In this document: positions 7,282 to 14,406 of the stretch, in pieces
Numbering within the stretch: position 1 is the stretch's first letter
Layout of the letters: every line of letters starts with the position of its first letter
Assembly: GCA_026395915.1 (NCBI GenBank)
Contig: JAPLXU010000013.1
Location: 16,428 to 80,427 of the forward strand
DNA length: 64,000 bases
Origin: Candidatus Nomurabacteria bacterium
GTDB lineage: Bacteria > Patescibacteriota > Minisyncoccia > Phycocordibacterales > UBA9973
Direction of reading: 5' to 3'
The notes under the pieces: model-generated
The model's input: only the letters and a program-made list of their open reading frames with translations
What the model was told of the DNA's origin: nothing
The model's database searches: none
Made by a program: the position numbers and the translations under genes

Positions 7282-10251
7282 ATGAAAGATTCAGAAAAAA
7301 AATTCAAAGAGGAATATAGCAAGTTGAACAAAGCCCAGAAGGAGGCTGTGGATGCTATCGACGGACCAGTGATGGTGGTGGCTGGACCGGGGACAGGGAA
7401 GACACAGATACTGGCTCTTCGCATCGCGAATATTTTAACCAAGACGGACAACAAAGCAGATAGTATACTCTCTCTCACTTTTACGAACTCCGGTGTGAAA
7501 GCTATGCGCGAACGTTTGCGCGAATATATCGGCGTCGAGGCTTCAAAAATTCATGTTTCCACTTTTCACAGTTTTGGTATGGAGATTATCGAGAAATATT
7601 TTCGTGTTTTGGATTTAGAAGAGATGCCAAAATTGATGGATGAGATGGATTCTGTAGCGATCTACGATGCGATTTTGGAGGATAATGAATGGGAATATAT
7701 CCGTCCGAGGTCAGACGCTTCTAGATATTTTAACGATTTGAATAATTTGATTTCACTCTTGAAACGCGAGCGGATAGATCCTGAAGCTTTCGAAAATTTG
7801 ATAAAAGAGGAAATTGACAGTCTAGAATCCGATCCTGAAAATATCTCTTCGCGCGGGGCGACAAAGGGCGAACTAAAGAAAGATGTGCAAAAAAAGATAG
7901 AAGGATTGGCACGCACACGTGAAGCCGTTAAATTCTATGAATTTTACGAGGAAGTGAAGAAAGAAAAAAACTTTATTGATTACGACGATATCTTTCCATA
8001 TTTGGTGAAAATCATAGAGAACTCAGAAGAAGCATCTTTTGATTTGAAAGAGAAATACCAATATATTTTGATAGACGAGCATCAAGACTCTTCCGGCGTG
8101 CAAAACGAATTTTTGGAAAAAGTTTGGAAATCGGAAGAAAAGCCGAACATTTTCGTGGTGGGTGACGATCGTCAGCTTATCTATGGTTTTTCAGGCGCGT
8201 CTCTTTCTTATTTCGAAAATTTTAAGCATGTTTTTGGAAAAGCCAAGCTGATCACTTTGGAAGAGAATTATCGTTCAACGGAAAATATTTTGAATGCCTC
8301 TCATAGTTTGCTTCAAAGTTCCATTACTGATGGAAAGTTGAAAAGCAGTCATAAAGAAAATTATCCACTTCGTTTGGTTGAGGCGAGCTATTCCCGCGAT
8401 GAAATTATTGCCTGCGCGCTTGAGATAAAAGATAAAATATCAGCAAAAAATAGCGAGAAGAAAGTTGATCTTGACGAGATAGCCATACTTGTCCCCAAAA
8501 ATAAGCAGGCGCGAGAGGCTGTAGCGATTTTGCGAGATATGGGTATACCTGTGGCAGGTGGAGAGAAGTTGAATTTTTTTGATTCAGAAGAAGCACAGGC
8601 TTTCTTACAAGTTTTGAAGATAATTGCGAACCCAGCAGACGAAATTGTTCTTTCCGAATCTTTTTTCAATAAGTTTTCAGGAGTTTTACCACTCGAAGCT
8701 CACAAATTTGCAAAAGAAAATCATATGCGGGAATTTTCTATTTTGAATACCGTTTCGGAAACGCCAACCCTTTTTCAAGATGAAAGTTCTGTGAAAATTT
8801 GGCTAGCGAAATTAAAGTCCTGGATACAAAAATCCAGTGATTTGAGTTTGTATTCTTTGTTGCAAAATATTGGTTCAGAATTTTTGCTTGATACCGCGAA
8901 AAATCATGAAGATTTGATGGTTCGTATAGAGGTTGTACGCACACTTTTGCATTTAGTGCTTGCGCAAATGGAGAAAAATCCAAAAATGACATTGAAAGAA
9001 TTTTTGACTTTTGTGAATCGTCTAGAGTCTTACGGAAAACATATTCCACTCGCTGTATTTTCTGCGGATGTCGGCGTAAAAGTGCTGACGCTTCATGGTT
9101 CAAAGGGCTTAGAATTTGATTATGTGTGGATTGCGCATATGGATGAAAAATCTCTCAGTGGTGGCAGGCATGGCGGTTTCACGCTACCAAAAACATTGGA
9201 AGAGAAAGTTGAAAAGAAAGACGAGGAAGTATTGAAACGCCAACTCTATGTCGCTATTACACGAGCGAAAAGATTCTGCACGCTTTCATATTCCTTGCAT
9301 TCATACGGAGGAGGGGACTTGGAACTTGCAAACATTGTATCTGATCTCGGAGAACATTTTGAAAAGCAAAATGCGGAAGAAACTGAAAAGATAATTTTGA
9401 AAAATGATCCGAGAGCGTACGTGGGAAAAAAGCAGACAGAAAATAAAAATGTCACGTTAGCGGATTTGCAAAAACTGGTTGCTAAAGATTACGAGGATAG
9501 AAAAGTGTCCGTATCGCTTTTGAACAATTTTTTCGAATGCCCTTGGAAATGGTACTTCAGAAATTTGCTTCAGCTACCAGAAGCGAAGAGCGTGAGTTTG
9601 GAATTTGGCAACAAAGTGCATTCATCAATCGACAAGATTCTGAAGCTAAAGAAAATTCCTAAGGAGAAAGATTTAGATGAAATAACAGGTGGAGACAAAG
9701 AAGTTTTAAAAATCGTCTCAAGATGGATAAAAAATAGATTGGGAGAGATAGAACAAAAAAGAGAAAACGAGCGAAGTGTTTCTGTTTCCGACGACAGATT
9801 TCCTCATTTGAATGTCTACGGCAAGATAGACTTGATAGAAAATTTGAACGACAAAAGTGTTCGCGTGACGGACTTCAAAACCGGGAGCGTAAGAAAAAAA
9901 GTAGACATAGAAAAGATTGATGAGCATGGCAGGATGAGTTCGTATATGCGTCAGCTTTCAATGTATTCGTATTTATTAAAACAGAGTCCGAAATGGAAAG
10001 CGGATGTCAGCGAGTCGCGTTTAGAATTTTTAGAAGCAAAAAATGAGAAGGAAAGCATTTATAGTACATTGATTAAAAAAGAACAGATTGATTTGCTTAT
10101 CAAAGATATAAAAGATTACGATGAATCTGCAAAGAAAGGCGAGTGGGTAGATCGTCCTTGCAACTATAATTCCTATGGAAAAAATACTGAATGCGAATAT
10201 TGCAAAATGGCGGAAATTTACACTGGTCCATTATCCAACCAGCCAAAATAA
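7282..10251 (+). CDS. UvrD/PcrA-family SF1 helicase fused to a C-terminal PD-(D/E)XK (RecB/Cas4-like, Cys-cluster) nuclease domain
   Basis: Walker A GPGTGKT, LIDEHQDSS, VGDDRQLIY helicase motifs. C-terminus has DLIE..KTG...Y..QL and a 4-Cys cluster C..(x)..CNYNSYGKNTECEYC. Confidence 0.7.
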   Translation: MKDSEKKFKEEYSKLNKAQKEAVDAIDGPVMVVAGPGTGKTQILALRIANILTKTDNKADSILSLTFTNSGVKAMRERLREYIGVEASKIHVSTFHSFGMEIIEKYFRVLDLEEMPKLMDEMDSVAIYDAILEDNEWEYIRPRSDASRYFNDLNNLISLLKRERIDPEAFENLIKEEIDSLESDPENISSRGATKGELKKDVQKKIEGLARTREAVKFYEFYEEVKKEKNFIDYDDIFPYLVKIIENSEEASFDLKEKYQYILIDEHQDSSGVQNEFLEKVWKSEEKPNIFVVGDDRQLIYGFSGASLSYFENFKHVFGKAKLITLEENYRSTENILNASHSLLQSSITDGKLKSSHKENYPLRLVEASYSRDEIIACALEIKDKISAKNSEKKVDLDEIAILVPKNKQAREAVAILRDMGIPVAGGEKLNFFDSEEAQAFLQVLKIIANPADEIVLSESFFNKFSGVLPLEAHKFAKENHMREFSILNTVSETPTLFQDESSVKIWLAKLKSWIQKSSDLSLYSLLQNIGSEFLLDTAKNHEDLMVRIEVVRTLLHLVLAQMEKNPKMTLKEFLTFVNRLESYGKHIPLAVFSADVGVKVLTLHGSKGLEFDYVWIAHMDEKSLSGGRHGGFTLPKTLEEKVEKKDEEVLKRQLYVAITRAKRFCTLSYSLHSYGGGDLELANIVSDLGEHFEKQNAEETEKIILKNDPRAYVGKKQTENKNVTLADLQKLVAKDYEDRKVSVSLLNNFFECPWKWYFRNLLQLPEAKSVSLEFGNKVHSSIDKILKLKKIPKEKDLDEITGGDKEVLKIVSRWIKNRLGEIEQKRENERSVSVSDDRFPHLNVYGKIDLIENLNDKSVRVTDFKTGSVRKKVDIEKIDEHGRMSSYMRQLSMYSYLLKQSPKWKADVSESRLEFLEAKNEKESIYSTLIKKEQIDLLIKDIKDYDESAKKGEWVDRPCNYNSYGKNTECEYCKMAEIYTGPLSNQPK

Positions 10252-10377
10252 AATCCAAGCAAAGCGAACAAGATTATGGCGATAATCAAAATCAAATAAA
10301 TCCTCTTTGTTTTCTGGTCCATCAGTGAATTGTATCAAAATCTTGTAATTTTGTCTTTTTTTCGTTAAGATAACGAT

Positions 10378-11088
10378 ATGAGCACCGAAAATAAAAAAGG
10401 CACAGAGCATCCGCTTTCTATTGTTATAAACGAAGCAGTAAAGATCTTTACTGATTTGGGTTTTGAAGTTGCCAGCGGTCCAGAGCTCGAAGATGTTTGG
10501 CATAATTTCGATGCCTTGAATGTTCCCAAAGATCATCCAGCGCGTGATATGCAGGACACTTTTTACATCAAAGGAGAAGATGGAAAAGTTTTGAGAACTC
10601 ACACCTCGAATGTGCAGATTAGATATATGGAAAACTTTGTGAAGTCCAACAGGAAACCACCGTTTGCGGTCATTTCAGTTGGTAAATGTTTTCGCAATGA
10701 GGCAACCGACGCGACTCATGAGATGCAATTCTATCAGATCGAGGGGTTGATGGTTGGAGAAGATATTTCGATGGCAAATTTGAAAGGAGTGTTATCTCAT
10801 TTTTATAAAAAAATGCTTGGCGAGGACACGAATCTTCGTTTTCGTCCGAGTTTCTTCCCATTTACTGAGCCCTCGATAGAATTTGATTTGAAATATAAAG
10901 GAAAATGGATTGAGATGGGCGGGGCGGGCATGGTGCATCCGAAAGTTTTGGAAAATTGCGGGATTGATTCAAAAAAATACCAAGGTTTTGCTTTCGGTCC
11001 GGGACTCGAGAGGCTCATGGTTATAAAATACGTAATGCCGGACATCAGACCGGCTTATCAAGGCGACTTAAGGTTTAATCAGTTTTAA
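10378..11088 (+). CDS. pheS: Phenylalanine--tRNA ligase alpha subunit (short, catalytic core only)
   Basis: Class II motifs: HPARDMQDTFY, FRNEATDATHEMQFYQIEG, GGAGMVHP..GFAFGPGLERL. Confidence 0.85.
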   Translation: MSTENKKGTEHPLSIVINEAVKIFTDLGFEVASGPELEDVWHNFDALNVPKDHPARDMQDTFYIKGEDGKVLRTHTSNVQIRYMENFVKSNRKPPFAVISVGKCFRNEATDATHEMQFYQIEGLMVGEDISMANLKGVLSHFYKKMLGEDTNLRFRPSFFPFTEPSIEFDLKYKGKWIEMGGAGMVHPKVLENCGIDSKKYQGFAFGPGLERLMVIKYVMPDIRPAYQGDLRFNQF

Positions 11089-11091
11089 TTT

Positions 11092-11484
11092 ATGGAATAT
11101 GTGAAAGATTTTGATGCATGGAATACAAAGAAAAAAATAATTGATCAAAAAGAAACGTCTGATCATGTATTTTTTGCTGAACGTGAAATCTGGTGGGGCT
11201 CGTTAGGATTAAACATTGGATATGAACAAGACGGAAAGAATGAAAATTTTGAGCGTCCTTTGCTTTTGATAAAAAAATTCAATAGAGATATTGTTTTAGC
11301 AGTTCCATTAACAAGTGTTGCAAAGAATAATAAGTTTCATCATAAGTTGAAATCAAGCGGTTCTTTTGTCATACTTTCGCAGATGAGACTTATTAGCACG
11401 AAAAGATTACTTCGTAGAGTGGAGAAAATAACAGATTCGGAATTTGAAGAAATTATTAGTAAAATTAAGAGTTTGTTCCCATAA
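11092..11484 (+). CDS. PemK/MazF-family protein (putative endoribonuclease toxin homolog, orphan)
   Basis: EIWWGSLGLNIGYEQDGKNENFERPLLLIKKFNRDIVLAVPLTS ... SFVILSQMRLISTKRL aligns to the MazF/EndoA core (GSEQ.G.RPvlvi...vaPiTs; ..vl.dqiRtidk.RL). No upstream antitoxin ORF. Confidence 0.6.
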   Translation: MEYVKDFDAWNTKKKIIDQKETSDHVFFAEREIWWGSLGLNIGYEQDGKNENFERPLLLIKKFNRDIVLAVPLTSVAKNNKFHHKLKSSGSFVILSQMRLISTKRLLRRVEKITDSEFEEIISKIKSLFP

Positions 11485-11487
11485 AAG

Positions 11488-11520
11488 CGAAACCCCGCTT
11501 TCGCGGGGAATCTCGGGGGC
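11488..11520. repeat. GC-rich hairpin repeat (family shared with 46041-46071 and 46129-46160)
   Basis: cgaaaccccgctttcgcggggaatctcgggggc. Stem ccccgc/gcgggg. Three near-identical copies in the window, all downstream of MazF-like genes. Confidence 0.55.
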
Positions 11521-11607
11521 CTAACGACCATTTACCTAAGTAGTGTATACTAGACGAAAGGTAAAGTCAAGCAAAAAAAATATTTATAAATAATATATTC
11601 ATAAATT

Positions 11608-11886
11608 ATGGAACTCGAATTAATAGTAATTATTGGATTTATAACGACAGTTTTAACTATCTTGGTAAAAATTGTTGGTTTTCCAGACCAAATAAAGAAA
11701 AATTATCAAAGAAAATCCACTGAAGGAATTTCTACGGCTTTTTATGTACTTTCTTTTATAACATATATTTTTTGGACTATACATGGAATTTTGCAAAATG
11801 ATTGGGTAGTATATTTTGGTCAAGGTCTGGGAATACTAACTACTGGTATCATTGTATTTCAAATATTCTTTTATCATAAAAAATAA
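11608..11886 (+). CDS. SemiSWEET / PQ-loop family small membrane transporter
   Basis: 92 aa, 3 predicted TM helices. PQ-loop-like segment GFPDQIKKNYQRKSTEGIS between TM1 and TM2. Confidence 0.55.
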   Translation: MELELIVIIGFITTVLTILVKIVGFPDQIKKNYQRKSTEGISTAFYVLSFITYIFWTIHGILQNDWVVYFGQGLGILTTGIIVFQIFFYHKK

Positions 11887-11895
11887 TTTTTTGAC

Positions 11896-13716
11896 ATGAA
11901 AATTTCTTACAATTGGCTCAAATCATATATACCAGAAGCTCCCACGCCTGAAAAACTCGCAGAAGTTTTTACTTTTCATATTTGTGAAGTCGAAAGCTTT
12001 GATAGATTACCAAATGGCGACGTTGTTTTTGATTTGAAAATATTGCCGAACCGCGCGCATGATTTGCTTTCTCACCAAGGCATTGCTCGAGAACTTGCTT
12101 CGCTTCTTGATATAAAATTCGTTGATCCGACGGCAAAATATAAAATTCCAAAATCAAAACCGACAAAACTAAAAATAGAAATAAAAAGCAATAAGTGTCG
12201 CCGTTATATAGGCAGAATTATTAGGGGAATAAAAATTGGTCCATCTCCAGAATGGGTAGTAAAACATTTAGAATCCATAGGCCAGAGAAGTATAAATAAT
12301 ATAGTTGATGCCGCAAATCTCGTAATGTTTGATTGTGGTCAACCGACGCATGCTTTCGATTTGGATAAAATACCGGAAGAAAAAATCATTGTAAAGAATG
12401 CTACGGATTTAGAAAATGCTTCCATTACAATGGAAACTCTTGATGGAAAAGTTTGCAAACTGTCGAAAAACGATCTGGTCATAGCTTCTGTCAGCAATAC
12501 ATTAGCTATAGCAGGAATTAAGGGTGGTAAAAAAGCAGAGGTTCATAATGAAACCACAAATATAATTCTCGAATGCGCCAATTTCGATCCTGTGAGTGTT
12601 AGAAAAACTGCGCAAGCCTTGAATATCATTACCGACGCAAAAAAGCGTTTTGAGAATGATTTATCTCCTGAATTAGCCGAGTACGGAATGATGGAACTCT
12701 CAGCGCTTATTTTTGAAATGTGTCCAGATGCGATTTTTGAAGATGTCATTGACGTTTATCCTAATAAGGCTGAACAGAGAAAAGTTTTTGTTTCAGTCGA
12801 TTATATCAACAAGCGTCTCGGCTCGGATTTTTCAAAAAAAGAAATTGAGAATGTTTGGAAAAAATTAAATTTTAAATATGTAGAGAAAAATGGAGAATTT
12901 GAAATCGTGATTCCGTTTTCGAGGATTGATATAAACGATCCATGCGATTTGACGGAGGATGTAATAAGCGTTTTGGGGTACGATAAAATCAAAGAAAAGT
13001 TGCCAGAAACAAAAACTAAATCAAAAATGAATGAAACCTTTGCCAAAATGCTTTGGGCTAGAAACAAACTGCTCGATGATGGATATAGTGAGGTGATGAC
13101 ATACGTTTTCAGAGACAATGGTGAATTGGAAGTATTGGCTTCTGCCTCGGATAAAAAATTTTTACGCACGAATTTAACTGATGGGCTCAAGGAAAGTATT
13201 AAATTGAATCAAACAAACGCGTCGCTTCTTGGAATTGACAAGGTTAGGGTTTTTGAGATCGGGACCATTTTCAAAAAGAAAGGCGAGGAGATGCATGTTA
13301 CGTACGGAGACAAAAAAAATGTTGCCGAAGTCTCTTTGGAAGATTTTTGTAAAGGGCAGATTTTGCAAGGACAGTCCTTAAGAGAGTTTCCCCAAGGACT
13401 GTCCTTGGAAAAATCTAAGGAAACTAAGTTCAAAATGTGGTCCCTGTTTCCCTTTATTGCGCGCGACGTAGCTGTTTGGGTTCCGGAAAATGTAAAAAGC
13501 ACTGAAGTCGCTCAAATAATAAAAGAAAACATGGGAGAAATGGTGGTCCGAGGTCCGGAACTTTTTGATGAATTCAAAAAAGATGGAAAAACTTCTTATG
13601 CTTTCAGATTGGTTTTCCAATCTTACGACAGGACTCTCACCGACGCCGAGGTGAATGAAATTATGACGAAAATAACTGATAAAATAAAAGAAAATGTAGG
13701 TTGGCAGGTGAGGTAG
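11896..13716 (+). CDS. pheT: Phenylalanine--tRNA ligase beta subunit (short form)
   Basis: N-terminus MKISYNWLKSYIPE. B3/B4, B5 and C-terminal anticodon-binding-like regions. 606 aa. Confidence 0.85.
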   Translation: MKISYNWLKSYIPEAPTPEKLAEVFTFHICEVESFDRLPNGDVVFDLKILPNRAHDLLSHQGIARELASLLDIKFVDPTAKYKIPKSKPTKLKIEIKSNKCRRYIGRIIRGIKIGPSPEWVVKHLESIGQRSINNIVDAANLVMFDCGQPTHAFDLDKIPEEKIIVKNATDLENASITMETLDGKVCKLSKNDLVIASVSNTLAIAGIKGGKKAEVHNETTNIILECANFDPVSVRKTAQALNIITDAKKRFENDLSPELAEYGMMELSALIFEMCPDAIFEDVIDVYPNKAEQRKVFVSVDYINKRLGSDFSKKEIENVWKKLNFKYVEKNGEFEIVIPFSRIDINDPCDLTEDVISVLGYDKIKEKLPETKTKSKMNETFAKMLWARNKLLDDGYSEVMTYVFRDNGELEVLASASDKKFLRTNLTDGLKESIKLNQTNASLLGIDKVRVFEIGTIFKKKGEEMHVTYGDKKNVAEVSLEDFCKGQILQGQSLREFPQGLSLEKSKETKFKMWSLFPFIARDVAVWVPENVKSTEVAQIIKENMGEMVVRGPELFDEFKKDGKTSYAFRLVFQSYDRTLTDAEVNEIMTKITDKIKENVGWQVR

Positions 13717-13724
13717 AAATTTTA

Positions 13725-13753
13725 TTGACAAAAAATGGGCAGTTGCTAATATA
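13725..13753 (+). promoter_or_regulatory. Sigma-70-like promoter (TTGACA, 17 nt spacer, AATATA/TAATAT)
   Basis: Consensus -35 TTGACA at 13725-13730 and an AT-rich -10 at 13747-13753, downstream of pheT. Confidence 0.4.
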
Positions 13754-13866
13754 TACAATACAGATGAAAAACTTACGAAAAAACTATTATTTTAGTTTTT
13801 GGGCTCCACATTTGAGAGTCGATTTTTCTTATTGATTTCAACTAATTTAAACGATCAATTGAAAAA

Positions 13867-13895
13867 ATGGGCTCTCAAGTGAGAGCCCATTTTTA
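13867..13895 (+). terminator. Short intrinsic-terminator-like hairpin
   Basis: atgggctctc-aagt-gagagcccat followed by TTTTT. Confidence 0.45.
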
Positions 13896-13966
13896 GTTCT
13901 TCTTTGTTTTCACTGCCCGATCTCGGGATGAGTGAATTGTTCTTGTACAAATAAATCAGTGTTGTT

Positions 13967-14209
13967 ATGGTAAAAAGAATAGAGTCTGGCTGTAAGCTAA
14001 CGTTGGCAGATGAATTGCACCTATCTTTGGTGCTTGGTCCTGGCAATGGCGATTCTCCTAAACCAGAGGATATGCTCCATCTTGAGAGGGGGACGATAGT
14101 TACTGTGGCAGGAGATCATCCTGAAAATGCCTTTGAAATTGGGTTCAGAGTAAACAAAAAACCAGGAACTTTCTATGCTCCAAGGTCGCATTTTGCCGGA
14201 TGTGCCTAA
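13967..14209 (+). CDS. Hypothetical 80-aa protein (alternative: part of a structured ncRNA)
   Basis: ORF in a locally GC-richer segment (about 47% GC). Third codon positions are AT-rich (about 35% GC3) while positions 1-2 are GC-rich, which favours coding. Overlapping antisense ORFs give no similarity I recognise. Confidence 0.3.
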   Translation: MVKRIESGCKLTLADELHLSLVLGPGNGDSPKPEDMLHLERGTIVTVAGDHPENAFEIGFRVNKKPGTFYAPRSHFAGCA

Positions 14210-14302
14210 TGCGCTTGGCATTAACCAAGCAAAGGCTGAGAGTCCTTACGTAAACTCTTCGTGTTCGGCGGGACCGGACAGCATTGGGTGCTATACTCAA
14301 AG

Positions 14303-14340
14303 AACCGCAACGTGCAAAATGAACGTTGCGGTTTTTTTTT
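14303..14340 (+). terminator. Rho-independent terminator
   Basis: ccgcaacg-tgcaaaatgaa-cgttgcgg followed by a 9-T run. Confidence 0.65.
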
Positions 14341-14366
14341 GTAAACAAAATTGTTAGTAAATATGC

Positions 14367-14395
14367 TGGCAAATGCAAAGGAAATTTGCTATAAT
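14367..14395 (+). promoter_or_regulatory. gyrB promoter (TGGCAA, 17 nt spacer, TATAAT), near-leaderless
   Basis: TATAAT at 14390-14395, only about 11 nt before the gyrB ATG at 14407. Confidence 0.4.
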
Positions 14396-14406
14396 GCAAG
14401 TACATT

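Noticed and set aside
10231-10602. 123-aa minus-strand ORF overlapping the pheS start region
   Set aside because: Overlaps conserved pheS on the opposite strand. Hydrophobic low-complexity product. Spurious.
13920-14340. RNase P RNA, tmRNA or SRP RNA in the GC-richer segment upstream of gyrB
   Set aside because: I searched both strands by eye for P4/CR-I/CR-V motifs (GGAAAGUCCGG, ACAGAACCCGGCUUA), a tmRNA T-loop with tag-ORF ending, and the SRP domain IV motif, and none is present. Codon-position GC bias favours an 80-aa coding ORF. The interval is kept as an ambiguous finding rather than an RNA call.
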